Source: Octopus vulgaris (taxonomy: Eukaryota). Taken from it: 64,000 nt of DNA. Both the position numbers and the translations under genes were made by a program. Below are positions 41,318-56,107 of this stretch, in pieces (the stretch's first letter is position 1; each line of letters opens with the position of its first letter). The stretch covers positions 163,370,001 to 163,434,000 of the forward strand of contig OX597816.1 of NCBI GenBank assembly GCA_951406725.2. The letters are read 5' to 3'. The notes beneath the pieces are model-generated. The model was not told where the DNA came from and made no database searches. It saw only the letters and a program-made list of their open reading frames with translations.

Positions 41318-41408
41318 TCCTATTGTGCTCTCTACACATTGTGATTGAATCTTCTATGTATTACCATGTATCACCTTGTGACAATGTAAACTATCATTTA
41401 ATCAAGAT

Positions 41409-41502
41409 ATCCTTGGCCTGAAGAGTAGTCTGTGATATACACCTCGCTTGGATATTACCACTTCTGAGGTTCCGCTCGCTATGAAACATATGTAGCCCGG
41501 AT
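41409..41502 (+). ncRNA. Type I hammerhead ribozyme motif, canonical core
   Basis: ATCC-TT-GGC-CTGAAGA-GTAG...CTAT-GAAA-C-ATAT-GTA-GCC-C-GGAT; palindrome ACATATGT; predicted cut after 41494. Confidence 0.8.
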
Positions 41503-41804
41503 CTTATCTACACCATTCCTTAACTCTTGTATTCTTATTCGCATACCCTGAAACCCTGGTTGCCAAACATGAAATATAAAAACAACTCTTTTCAATTTTA
41601 TCGTACTTCGATAAAATAAATTCCACAACCTTCCGTCTCAATAAATCATTATTCTTCCTGAAAGTTGTTGTTTATACTTACTAAGGATTGCTTGAAGCTA
41701 ACTTTCTTCCTACACTTCGATCATTGGATCTTACAATTAAGTGTGTGTGTGTAATATTTTGTCTTCTATAATTTATTTCTATATGTGTGTGTGTGTGTGT
41801 GTGT

Positions 41805-41868
<64 letters not shown>

Positions 41869-43211
41869 AGAGAAGAACCACCTTTTATTAATTCAACAAT
41901 GAAATATCAATGATATAATTAAATTATACCATATAGAAAAAACTTTAAATATACGATAAAACATAACAATAATTAAGTAAAGTACAACATAATAAATAAA
42001 AAGTATATAATTGGTATAATCTTTTGGATCTAATAATCATACTCAAAGTATCTGCAGCAAGATTCGCCTAATTCTCAGTACCTTAATTCTCTCTATCACT
42101 CTCGTTATTCGCTGTAATTAATGAGTTTCCTGACAATATTTGAATTGATATCAACTGTAGTCATTGGCTGGCTTATAGCAGAAAACATTTGCCAAATGGG
42201 CGCACAGTGAGACTGAACCCGCGATCATGCGGTTGGAAGGCGTGTTTCTTAGTCATACAGCCATGCTTGTGCCAACGCATCCGCAATTTTGTTGTACGAC
42301 AACTTTGATATGATTTGATGAATCACTGCAGTTGGAGAGCGTGTCACTGATTTATTTTTTCCTGATGGCAAGAACAGAAACATTTTTTTGTTTTCATTTT
42401 ACTGAGTACGTACGAGAATCATGTTACAAAATGTTGTGCTGGTGATCGAAATCACGCCTTTTTGTATCGGTATTGATCTCGATTCAGTCTTTGTGGTACA
42501 ACCATGTTGCCTTCACGAGTTATGGAAATCACCGAACATGTAGTTAAGCCAGTTCATCAGAAATTGTTAGTTGACTGCACAGAGAGCATTAATCTTTGGC
42601 TTGGACATAAAATGAGAACTGAAGTTCAAAGAGAAACCCCTGATGAATTATGAGAATCGCTATATACATATATAAAGTAAACATTAGATTTCAGAGATGT
42701 TTTAGCCTTTTACAGAGAAAAAAATATTAGGAATTTTTTTATGGAAAGAAGGGTTCATTTTGACAAGGGACTTCAATTTATTCACACTACATGCCGTGAA
42801 AAGATGCACGTCAATTCATCGTGTTTCATGTCTTTTATCTTCTACGTGTTTCAGTCATTGAACTACGGTTATGCTAGAGTACCACCTTTCAAGAGTTTAA
42901 CCAAATAAACTGGACCCAAGATATATATATATAGATAGATAGATACATATATATATATATATATAAATAAGGATAAGATCGTTATTTAAATATTGATCTT
43001 ATCATGTGACCAGCATGGTAATAAAATCCTTCAAAGGTAATAATTATTATTAAAATTATAATTTAGGGTGACCCTTCCGCTGCGGCTACGCTCTCCGGTC
43101 GTACTGGCGAGGAAGCGCTACTCCTTGACGGATGGCGCCGTCCATCTTAATAAACCGGGATCCCCTTCGTCCCCGAGGTCCCTTTTGTCCAGTTAGGTCG
43201 GCACGGGCGTT

Positions 43212-43264
<53 letters not shown>

Positions 43265-43265
<1 letters not shown>

Positions 43266-43535
43266 AAGGCCTGGTACTTACAGTTTTGATTTCTTTTGTC
43301 GAACCGGTACGCTACGGTAAAGCAAACAAACCAATACCACGTATCAAGCGGTGTTAGAGAAAACAGAAACCCAAAAATACTTATACATGCATGCATGTGT
43401 GTGAGTGAGTCTGTGTATACATAGTTTCCGTCAACGAAATTCCTTCACAAAGCACTGGGCGGTCCAGTGCTATGGTAAAAGATATCTGCCCAAAATGTCA
43501 CGCAGCTAGGCTGAACCCGAATGCACATGGTTGCA
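43265..43535 (-). mobile_element. SINE family A, strongly diverged
   Basis: Recognisable head and tail remnants. Confidence 0.6.
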
Positions 43536-44800
43536 ATGTGACCTCCAATGGACAATAGTAAACATTGTGAAAAGATGTTTTGCCACATGGGGAAGCTATC
43601 TGTTTGAGGAGCAAACACTTGATACTGAATTCTCCAAAAATACCACATGAGAAAACATAAGGCCGAAACGTCTCAAAGCAACAACCATAAAGAAAAGAAG
43701 ATGGAAAATGGCCAATTGATGGACATCTTGCAAATAATACTAAAACACGTTCGCTGATACTGTAAATATTGGAAAAGAATGATATAAAATTTAAGGGGTA
43801 TCGTTGAAGCATTAAAATCAAATAGAGAAATCCATTATTTTGTGCGAGTACAGGGTGGGGTTAATAGATTGAAAATCTATAAATTCTTTGCCGAAAAACA
43901 CAGCAGTGATATTGGTTCGATGCAACTTGAAATTCTGTTGACTCGATTTTACTATTTTTTTATATTTTGGCACAATGCCAGCAATCCCTAGAGTAGGGGC
44001 AAAACGACAACAACAACCCATTACTTGACTGATATTTATTTTATCGTCCCCGCAGATGGCGGAAGGTGAAGTCAGTTTCGGTAATGATGACTCCCTGACG
44101 GAATTTTTTCTTTCGGGCATCACATTGCTTCGGGTTTGACTACGGTTGATATCAATTCAAATATTATCAGAAAACTCATTAAGTACAGCGAATAAATTTA
44201 CAATTTAAAAATAGGATAAAATATTTATAAGAATAAAATAAGAATTTATCAAGTAGTCAGCGTGAAAAACCTCATAAGAGAAAACATCCACCAATTTTTT
44301 CATTTAAATATATTTATATTATATAGAGAGCACTTTTAAATTGTAAATTTAACCGGAGTATATTCAGTGCTGAATTTTTATTTCGAATAAGCACGTTGTT
44401 ACCGAAAGGCAATTGGAAAAATCCCGCCATTTACATAGATGTATAAGAGGTGAACATTTCTATATACTGCGTTGGATACGATGGTTGTTCGTCTGGTATG
44501 TTGATTTTGTTCATTCATTATAAATCTTGAATTATGCTTGTACTGACGAGGAAAGAGTGCACCACTGCACTGATTATGAAATCACAGTGATCTGCAGCTG
44601 AATTCTGTTTTTAAATGACTTGCTTCGAGAGTTGCATTCGGTACGATGTGTTTATTTATTTTAGTAGTCTTGACTTTAGGAGTCCCTCCTAGCGTGTGGC
44701 ATTTATGTGTAATAATGTCCTCTATATAATATAAATATATATACATATATATACACATATACATATATATACATACACACATATATATATATACGCACAT

Positions 44801-44843
<43 letters not shown>

Positions 44844-44895
44844 TATACATACATACATATATATATATATAGGGAGAAAGAGAGAAATGGATACT

Positions 44896-45003
<108 letters not shown>

Positions 45004-45023
45004 GATAGATAGATGGATAGATG

Positions 45024-45139
<116 letters not shown>

Positions 45140-45303
45140 TGTTTCTTTATTAGCCACACAGGGCTGCACACAGATAGAACAAATTACAAGGTAGAGCTTT
45201 TCTTTTGAAGGTTTAAAAAAAAAAAAAAAAAAAAAAAAAGGAAGGGGGAGTTTCGATCAAAAGGGATCGTAAAAGGAGAGAAAGAGGACAAAAAAAGGGG
45301 GGT
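45140..45303 (-). mobile_element. Short retroelement 3' end embedded in (GATA)n
   Basis: Homologous to 27856..27992; GATA arrays on both sides. Confidence 0.65.
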
Positions 45304-45304
45304 T

Positions 45305-45370
<66 letters not shown>

Positions 45371-45609
45371 GGCGTATACATAAATATATTACTGAATAAT
45401 TTTACCGCCAATACCGCCGTAAACATACATAAGGAAGAACTTAAAACTCAGTATCAAATAAACCTCACTCATAAAAGGCGAAATACGTGAGTATTTCTTA
45501 GTACATACGCGCGCACACACACACATACATTCTCACACACACACATACATACACACAGACATGGACACACATAAATATATATGCGCGAAAAATATAAGCC
45601 AATATTTAC

Positions 45610-45724
45610 AACAGCAACAACGTCAACAACAATAATAATAAAAGCAATAACAACAATTATGATGATGATGATGATAATAATAACAATAATAACAACAACA
45701 ACAACAACAACAACAATAATAATG

Positions 45725-45797
<73 letters not shown>

Positions 45798-45856
45798 TAA
45801 CAATAATAATACAAATAATAATATTAATAATAATAATACAAATAATACAAATAATG

Positions 45857-45935
<79 letters not shown>

Positions 45936-45997
45936 AAATAATAATAATAATAATAATAATAGTAATACAAATAAAAATAATAATAATAATAATAACA
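45610..45997. repeat. (AAT)n/(AAC)n trinucleotide array
   Basis: Directly visible. Confidence 0.95.
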
Positions 45998-46583
45998 AAG
46001 CTAATTTTCAGAGAATTACAGGCAGTTTTTTTCCCTCTTTCTATGCAATAACCGTTTTGTATCTTCTTCAATATTAAATAATGAGGGGTAAAAAAGCAGA
46101 GCAAATTTATTAACAATTTTTATTATATTTATAATGCCTGACTTCAACGTCTCTTTTATAAATTTCTGTAATTATCAATTTTTATACATTTATAGTTTCC
46201 AATTTTAATATCTTTTAAATCTTGTTTTAAGTCCAATAATATTTATTCAAATTTCTCTGTAATTTTTTTATTTATTTATTTAAAAAGTCATTTGGTTAAT
46301 TTTTATATGAATTTACATTGTTACATATTTTCTCTCATCAAATGTTATTACATACATATTGTGTAGATATTTTTGTTTTTTGCTTTTTTCATCTAATATT
46401 TATCTATCAGCCATTATGTTTTTTCCTCCTCTCTTAATTCACTGTTGATTATCATATTTACAGGCAAAAGAAGGCAAAAAACAATATATATATACATACA
46501 AAAATAAATACATCCATATATACACACATAAATACATATATATACAAATAATATATATATATATATATATAAATGTCATATGT

Positions 46584-46635
<52 letters not shown>

Positions 46636-46945
46636 TATGCATACACTACACAAGCACAAAAGTATAGTAAACGCAAATTGTAATTGAAACAATTGTAGTT
46701 TTAATTGTTATAATTGTTATTTGTTGGTGATATTGATGAAATTACATTGTTGATGTTGTTGTTGATGTTCTTGTTATTCATCTGTGTTGATTATTATTAG
46801 GGGATTAGTTAAGTGTTATTGGAGACCAACCAAACGATGGTGAGGAACCGCAACAACACGAGTCAAAACATAATATTCCTCAACACGGTCACACACACAC
46901 AGCGACACACACATACATATATACACATATGTGTATAAATATGCA

Positions 46946-46999
<54 letters not shown>

Positions 47000-47034
47000 C
47001 TACATATATACATACATATACATGAATATATATT

Positions 47035-47267
47035 CTTTTATTCTTTTATTTTTTTCCCGTTATTTGACTGCGGCCATGTTGGAGTACCACCTTTAGTCGA
47101 ACAAATCGACCCCAGGACTTATTATTTGTAAGCCTACTGCTTATTCTCTCGCTCTGTTTTGCCGAACCGCTTGGTTAGGGGGACGTAGACACGCCACCAT
47201 CTGAGGTCAAGCGATGGTGGGAGACAAGCACAGATACACAAACACACACACACACACACACACACAC

Positions 47268-47337
<70 letters not shown>

Positions 47338-47496
47338 TATACGACGAGCTTCTTTCAGTTTCCGTCTACCAAATCCACTCACAAGGTTTTGGTCGGCCCG
47401 AGACTACAGTAGAAGACACTTACCCAAGGTGCTACGCTGTGGGACTGAACCCGGAATCATCAAGTGGCTGGTAAGCAAGCTACTTACCACAAGCCA
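47035..47496 (-). mobile_element. SINE family A, near full length
   Basis: Reverse complement of head and tail. Confidence 0.9.
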
Positions 47497-47588
47497 AATA
47501 TTTGTAGAAGTATGTAAAAATATGTATATACAAGTATATATATATATATATATACATGTATGTATATATATACATGTATATATATATA

Positions 47589-47637
<49 letters not shown>

Positions 47638-47639
47638 GG

Positions 47640-47675
<36 letters not shown>

Positions 47676-48064
47676 GTATATATATATGTATATATGTAAA
47701 TTTATTTATTATCTATTTATGTATATATTTATGTATGGATGGATTGATGGGCAGATATAGACATGCTTGAATCGATATCCGTGCATAAATACAAGCGACA
47801 CTGAACATGTTGGAATCGGCCTACACATACTTCTACATCTATCAATCAATCTAAAGACACATTGATCACTTGCAATATGGTATAGATCTTCAGACAGTAA
47901 TATGAAAAGCCTGCAGTCCAGTACACTCACAAACCTATTCACTAACACACACACACATACATACATACATACATACATACATACATACATACATACATAC
48001 ATACATACATACATACATAAATATGTATATATAAATATATGTATATATATGTATAAATATATAA

Positions 48065-48165
<101 letters not shown>

Positions 48166-48329
48166 TGTGTCTGTGTGTGTGTGTGTTTGTTTATTTCATC
48201 GTGTTTCTTTCTGTTGAAACGTAAAATACTTGAAACGTAAAATACTTTCTCACTTTCCCGGACGTCAAACTAATACACCTGTTTTTTTGTTTATACACCT
48301 GTCTTCATCTTTTGTTTTCCCGTAAATTT

Positions 48330-48401
<72 letters not shown>

Positions 48402-48724
48402 TAAATATACGCACATTTCATTAACAATGATTATTAGTTACATATTGTTCATGAAATAATCAAGATGTATTACAAATCGTCAGAGACATAATGTGCTTAT
48501 GAGCAACATAATGTATTGTAGAATTATTTGCAGAAGTAACCATCGTGGAGTGTTGTTATATCCACAAAGGTTAATTCTCCCAAGGATTTCACGGATGGGT
48601 AATGTTACATATAATGTATACATGTCTCTGAAGATTTGACAATACGTCTTGATTATATCATATGCATTCCCCGCCCCCACATTTTTTTAATGTAGCCTGC
48701 GTAAGTTGGTGTGCACATACTACG

Positions 48725-48870
48725 CTCTACACACAATCAAGTGGAGAATCGTGGAGAAATCCATGCCATATGGATCTGAGAATTGCAACTTATGTATAGT
48801 TGAAAGATTGCACATTCATTTTAGATCCAAGAATTCCACCTCACTTCTTAATACCAGATCAACAAATGAA
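48725..48870 (+). mobile_element. Penelope-like element GIY-YIG endonuclease C-terminal remnant
   Basis: IKWRIVEKSMPY..CNLCIVERLHI..LLNTRS matches the W.I....PY....C.LC..EK..I....LLN.RSE motif of PLE ORFs. Confidence 0.75.
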
Positions 48871-48994
48871 TGTATATGGACAAATATATTTTGGCGTGAA
48901 GGAGGTCACCACCCTTTCCGGATTGAGCAGTTGTTTTGTAGAACATCGACCCCACTCCGATGAACTTTTCTACAGCAAAATAGTTTAATTATGA

Positions 48995-49470
48995 CCTGAA
49001 TAATGCCAAATATATCCAATTGCTGAAGGACAATTTAATACCAGACTTGGATGAAGGTAAGATTTTTCAGCATGACGGATCTCCATGTTACAGATCGTGT
49101 GCAACAAGACAGAGTTTGGTTGATGAAGGTGTTAATGTATTGAAAGATTGGCCAGCTCAGAACTTGTCTTGAATATCATTGAGCACATGTGGACAGAACT
49201 AAATAGAAGAGTTCGTCAGAAGAATCCACGCAATCTTGAAGAGTTGCGGCGACTCAGCCATAGAAAAAGGCATCTCATACCTAAGAAGATGATGAAGGAT
49301 TTTACGCATCTCTTCTCAGGGGTATGGAAGCAATTATTCAAGCTAAGGGAATCCAACTTCTTGAAATGAACATTATGTAATAAATCTTCATTATTGTCAT
49401 TTTTCTGTTTTAAAATATTGTATCTTGATTGGTGTATGTGAGGTGGTCGAAAACTTTGGCACGACCAATT
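48995..49470 (+). mobile_element. Tc1-like (DD34E) transposase pseudogene, 3' half with decayed TIR
   Basis: YIQLLKDNLIP..IFQHDGSPCY..DWPAQ, frameshift, LNIIEHMWTEL..PRNLEEL..AIIQAKG; ggtggtcgaaaactttggcac near 49442. Confidence 0.85.
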
Positions 49471-49881
49471 TTGGCGGTCGTCTTGCATCTTCCCATCACA
49501 TTCAGAATCCCTACTACAAAATATAATGATTAGGTATGGAAATGACTCCAACAGGGCCAATGTTTCTTTCATCTCTAAAAAACGCAATGCGAAACATCCA
49601 CTTATAAGTCGGAAATTTTTGTAGAAATTTACAATAGTTTAAAGCGACCGAAGATTTTTGCACGGTATTGTATGTATATACGTATCTGGCTTTACATAAT
49701 ACTCGTTCGATTAACTAAGCACAGTGCAAACTGGAAAGAAATCAACGCAGGCAAATGGAGTGCATCGTGTTATTTACTCTAAATTTATACCTGAAGAAAT
49801 CTCGTAGGAAAGACTCAGGTGTACTATGTAGCGTTTAATATCTTAATCAAATTAATTATGTATAGGCATATATCATCGATG

Positions 49882-49917
<36 letters not shown>

Positions 49918-49950
49918 TGGATTATTGGTATATATATATATATATATATA

Positions 49951-51104
49951 CTAGCAGCATAGCTCGGCGTTGCCCGGGTATGTAAGAGCCCCTAGTAAGC
50001 AACGACTAATCCCAATTTAGTCCTTACCCTCTAGGGAACGAAGGCGCAATGGTTGCAATGTCTTATCTTCACTCCCAAATAACTATCAAACAGCTATCGA
50101 TAATTCAACCCAACCAATTCCTACCAGGAAGAAATTACATTCGAGACTTAACCCCCAACACCACCACTTCTGCTAATAGCTGCTGCAGCCGCAAGTTATT
50201 CGAATACTTTTTTTGTTTAAACTTTCTTTATAACTACCACCCCAAACGTTTTACCTTAAATTTTTGACGTACCCTAAGGGTCCTCGGACGCTACTTGCAA
50301 ACTCTTGGTTTATTATAAACCGCTTTTGTCGTGTGCACCAAAAAACCTTTTCCATTCGTTTGTTCAGTTTGGTCACTTTTGACTTTTTCGTTGTTGTCAC
50401 TCACATTGCTGCCCACTTTTTTGTCGTTTTTGTACATTTTTATACATTTTGGGATACTTACCCCACGTGTTCCGAGAGTTAAAAAGGTCGAGTTGCGTCC
50501 CCTAGACAGTCTGTGGTTTGTGTTTAATACACAAATCGGTTTGCTATGTGTGCCACATATGATTTAATTAACCGATTTTTTCCAGTAATAAAGTATCCTA
50601 TTGGAATAAAAAGGGCCATATAGCTCCTTGGAGCAGACATGATACTCGCTGTGAATTTAAAAAAAATTCCAGCCAATTTGTGAAAGATATTGTCGAAAAT
50701 ATGCCAACTTGAATTTGAACGCGATTTCCCAAAATGGCATGATTTTATCGACTTTTTCTGATGGTAAGGTATTGCATGGAAAACTAACGTCAGAATTAAG
50801 TTTCTTAGGGTAACATTAAGCTTCACCATGAGTTTGATGAAAATCGATTGCAAGTTGCGAAAACTACAACAGAAAATGTGTTGCATATAAAAAGCTTAGA
50901 TTCTCGACCCCATGTCGAATTTATCGATTTTTTTCAGAACTGGGGGAACTTTTCAAAAATTTCGCTGCGTTTGAATTATGACATTGGGCTATATGTGTGT
51001 CAAGTTTCATCAGAATCGGTTGAAAGCCGTGGTCAGGGTGAGGGTACAACCTGACAGACACACAGACACACACACAGACAAACTACCGTTTATATATAGA
51101 GAGA
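49951..51104 (-). mobile_element. Non-autonomous Helitron, ~1.15 kb
   Basis: Minus strand begins A|TC..tatataaa and ends CCCGGGCAACGCCGAG..CTGCTAG|T; termini resemble 5873..6178; no Rep/helicase ORF seen. Confidence 0.85.
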
Positions 51105-51114
51105 TATATATATA

Positions 51115-52045
51115 CAGGGGAAGTCAAAACTTATCCGGACTTTTGCCATAACATATCTTTATTATTGTCACACTGCCTTCTGCGCATGCGTGCTTACAGT
51201 TGGTACTATAATGGTCACGTGATCGAAGTTTGAGCCTGATCGCGCGCCATTTTTCTTTCTGGTTTTAATGTATAAGCATGGCCGCTCCGTTACCAATGTG
51301 CACCAAAAGGAGATCAAAGATCAGAGATCCGATTTCACTGGTCGGAAAGTATCAGATGCTGAAATTCGTCGAAGGCTTTTAGCACAATTGTTTAATGGTT
51401 TCAAAGGTCTGAGCGGCCGTGTTGGGCGTGTATTGTCACGCAACAACAAAACTTTTCTTCGACAAGAGGCTTTGTAATCTTCTAATATAGGCCCTGCAGA
51501 GTCCCAAAAAGGATTAGCATCGCCTTTCTCACGTAAGACTGAATCTTGAATTTCTTCCTAGCTGGTGAGCCAGGATGTTGCCATTCCATACTCTGCCTTT
51601 TGGTTTCTGACTCATAAGGATGGACCCACGTTTCATCACCTGTGACTATTCTGCTCAAACATTCCTCACACTCATTGCTGTTACGATCGCGTAAACGTTG
51701 GAAAAGCTCACTACTATTGCGCTTGTGCTCTGCAGTAAGCTCTCCTGACATCCATCTTGCACAGACTTTATGGAAGCCGAGCTATTCGTGGATGTCAGCA
51801 CCTGACACACTTCCCAACCAGAGAAATCGGATCATTGCTCTTTGTTCTTCTTTGATGCACATTGCTAATGGAGTGGCCATATTTCCACTGTAAAGCCGAA
51901 AAGAAAAAATGGCACGATTAGGTACAGACTTCAATCACATGACCATAATAGTACCAACCATAAGCACGCATGCGCCAAAACAGCGGTGTGACCATAATAA
52001 AGATATGTTATGACGAAAGTGCGGATAGTTTTTGACTTCTCCTCG
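51115..52045. mobile_element. Mariner derivative bounded by two inverted 5' ends, flanked by TA
   Basis: Long inverted arms; internal minus-strand transposase fragment LGFHKVCARWM..L..IVTGDETWVHPYESETKRQSMEWQHPGSP. Confidence 0.9.
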
Positions 52046-52053
52046 TATATATA

Positions 52054-52350
52054 CTCTTTTACTTGTTTCAGTCATGTGAGCGTGGCCATGCTGGGGCACG
52101 GCCTTTAGTCGAGCAAAACGACCCCAGAACTTATTCTTTGTAAGCCTAGTACTTATTCTGTCGGGCTCTTTTCCCGAACCGCTAAGTTACGGGGACGTGA
52201 ACACACCAGCATCGGTTGTCAAGCGATGTTGGGTGGGGAGGACAAACACAGACACACAAACATATACACACACATACATATATACGTACATATTTACGAC
52301 AGGCTTCTTTCAGTTTCCGTCTACCAAATCCATTCACAAGTCTTTGGTCC
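52054..52350 (-). mobile_element. SINE family A, 5'-truncated
   Basis: Reverse complement of tail and part of head. Confidence 0.9.
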
Positions 52351-52739
52351 TCATCTCTTAAATATAGAACTGAATGAGAAAGTTGTTCTACTGAATTTTT
52401 TTTTTATTTTCAACATTAATAAGCAAAGGTAATGTACTTTATTAGAATGTACTTTATTAACCATTAAGCAAAGGTAGTGTACTTTATCAGATATATAGTA
52501 CCAAAACGATTAATGTGATACACAAGACGAAAGGAAAACCAGATGCTGAGGAAAGAATTTAGTGAAAACGTTACATTTACGTGGCGAAAGATTTGAACGT
52601 ATCAATCAGCAATGAATTAAGTGATTGATTAAAGATCGGTAATAAATTGAGCTGTAATTAGTGTCGATATTAAGGCTTTCAAAGTACAGCAAAATGCATA
52701 AAGAGCCTTGCAAAATAAAGAGGAAGGAGATGTGCAAAT

Positions 52740-52805
<66 letters not shown>

Positions 52806-53081
52806 GCGTGTGTGCGCGCGTGTATGCGCGTGCGCGTGTCCGTTTGTTTGCGTGTGTGTATGTATTTATGCGTGTGATTTATATCGATAAATATAGATAT
52901 ATCAGACATACCGATTTATCTGTCTCTGTGATCTTCTCTCTCTCTCTCTCTCATACTGCAGGGATTGTATGTTTGTCTGTGTCTATAAATACACACACAC
53001 ACACATACATACATACATACATACATACATACATACATACATACATACGTACATACATACATACATACGTTCATACATACG

Positions 53082-53119
<38 letters not shown>

Positions 53120-54330
53120 CAAACACATACATATATATATGTATGTACATATATATATGTATGTACATATATATATGTATATGTGTGTGTATGCATATAT
53201 ATGTGTATGTATATATGTGTATGGATATAAGTGTATGCATATCGTATATATTGGCATATATTTGTAAATATATATATGAATATATATATGTGTGTGTGTG
53301 TTTGCACATGAATGTGGTGTATATCTTTGTAGTACGTATGTATGCATGTATGTATGTATGCATGTATGTATGTATATATGTACGTATGTATTTATGTATG
53401 TATCTATGTATGTACGTATGTATGTATGTATGTATGTGCATGAATGTATGAACGAATGTATGTTTACGTGTATAAATGAACGGATGTTTATGTGTATATA
53501 TGAATGTATGTTTGCATGCATATGAGCTTGAAATATGTGTATCTTTATGAACACACTGCGTAATTACATCTTAAGAATGTATTGAGTCAGCGTTCAGTAT
53601 TTCACCGTGACTGTGCCACTCTACAAACAACCATTTCCAGATGACGTATCTATCATCCCCTTTAGTAAAGGTCTGCTGCGTATTTCACCGAAGACTATAC
53701 ATTGTTTGGGCTTCATTAGATTTCTCTGTTAGGGTATTCCTTTCTAATACGTATTCGTTTGGGTGGAATCGAATTTTCTTTAAAGTCACAAGACTTATGC
53801 TAGTTTCTTATCTGAGCCAATGTTTGTTATAACAGAATTTCTCTCACCACCTTCATTTGTGTCACAGCCATTGCTGTGTCTAATGGAAAGTTCAATGCGT
53901 TTGAATGACTCCATGAATTACAGTAGAAAATGAAATGAGTCGGGAGAGAACGTGGCGGAGAGGAAAGATAGAGAGCGAAAGAACGACTGAGAGATGATAG
54001 ATAGATAGGGGGGGGAAGTAGATGGAGTGGAAGAATGAAGAGAGTGAAAGAGAATCAGAGAGAGAGAGAGAAGGAGAGAGAGAGAGTAAAGAGGAGAGTG
54101 AGATACGTGATGAGAAGTAGAGATGCAGATTTAAAGTGCTTCACAACACAGAGAAGGGCTTCGAGAAAGAGAAGAGAATAAGAGAGAGAGCAATGGCGGT
54201 AGAGAAAAGTCAGAGTATGGGTTGTAGTAAGTGAGAGACACATATATGCGTGTGTGTGTTTTTGTGTGTTTTTGTGTGTTTGTGAGTGTGCGTGCGTGTA
54301 TGTGAGTGAATGTGTAGATATATACATACA

Positions 54331-54402
<72 letters not shown>

Positions 54403-54404
54403 TG

Positions 54405-54454
<50 letters not shown>

Positions 54455-54547
54455 CATATATATATATATATGTACACCTAACACTCTATACATGTATATA
54501 TATATATATATACGTATATATATATATACACATATACATATATACAT

Positions 54548-54594
<47 letters not shown>

Positions 54595-54764
54595 TTCACA
54601 TATATACATACATATATATATATGTATATATGTATAATAATATACATATTTCTATACATATTCTTTTATTCCTTTATTCTTTTATTGGTTTCAACCAGGG
54701 TCTGAGGCCATGCTGGAACACGTCCTTTCAGTGTTTTGGGATCCCCTTTCGGTACAATTTTTTT

Positions 54765-55075
54765 TTTTGTGCAGAAGCGAACTGGACGAAGCTGCTCTTC
54801 TTTGCGTCTCCTGCCGTGATGTGGGCTCATCTAGGATTTCAGATAGAAATTCGTCCAGGTGCTTTTTGTACGTTTCCACATCTACAACCTTGCCAATCTT
54901 TTAGGTTACTTGGAAGAATGTTAAACACTTCTAGTTCCCCGAAACCCAAGCTGCTGCAAAACTGGATCCCTATCTGAGATGAATAAGACGTTATCTTTGG
55001 TAGTATGCAGTGCCGTCTAATTCGATGGTTCGTATAGCTTTTAATTCCAAATTTGTGAGCTTGACCTTCCACTTG
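54765..55075 (-). mobile_element. CR1-like LINE ORF2 C-terminal remnant
   Basis: [18 protein letters not shown], frameshift, [24 protein letters not shown] matches the FNxLP..FK..LD.FL..PDEP terminus. Confidence 0.75.
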
Positions 55076-55128
55076 AGCTTGATCTTCAATATCTATACAT
55101 ACATATATATGTATTTCTCTCTCTCTCA

Positions 55129-55219
<91 letters not shown>

Positions 55220-55270
55220 TGTATGTATGTATATACATATATATATTTATATGTATATAATATATATAAT

Positions 55271-55480
55271 CTTTTATTCTTTTACTTGTTTCAGTTATTT
55301 GACTGCGGCCATGCTGGAGCGCCACCTTTTATTTGAAGAAATCGACCCCAGGACTTATTCTGTGTCCCTTTTGCCGAATCACTATTTTACGGGGAAGTAA
55401 ACACACCAACATCGGTTGTCAAGCGATGGTGGAGGGGAAACACATAGAGACACCAACACACACATACATACACACACACA

Positions 55481-55555
<75 letters not shown>

Positions 55556-55718
55556 GACGGGCTTCTTTCACTTTCCGTCTACCAAATCCACTAACTAAAA
55601 ATTGGCCGGCCTGAGGCTATAGCACAACACACTTGCCCAAGGTACCCCGCAGTAGGACTGAACCCTGGACCATGTGGTTGGAAAGCAACCTTCTTATCAA
55701 ACACCCACGCCTGCGCCT
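55271..55718 (-). mobile_element. SINE family A, full length
   Basis: Reverse complement of head and tail. Confidence 0.9.
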
Positions 55719-55737
55719 ATATATATGTACGTATATA

Positions 55738-55817
<80 letters not shown>

Positions 55818-55867
55818 TTTATATATATACACATATATCTATGCATATATAGTAGTGTTGTTGTGTA

Positions 55868-55920
<53 letters not shown>

Positions 55921-56067
55921 ATGTGTGATATTCTGATGTATGTATATTTGTGCGCTTCAGTGCTTCTATGTGTCGGAGGTTCTGAATGGATACAACAGCA
56001 TATACATGTATATGCGCGTGGGTTCGTACGTACACACGTACACAGCCACATCTACAGCAATATAGAA

Positions 56068-56107
<40 letters not shown>

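Noticed and set aside
44538-44645. CTGACGA with a distant GAGA and TGCA palindrome
   Set aside because: GAAA is absent and stem I pairing would consume core bases.
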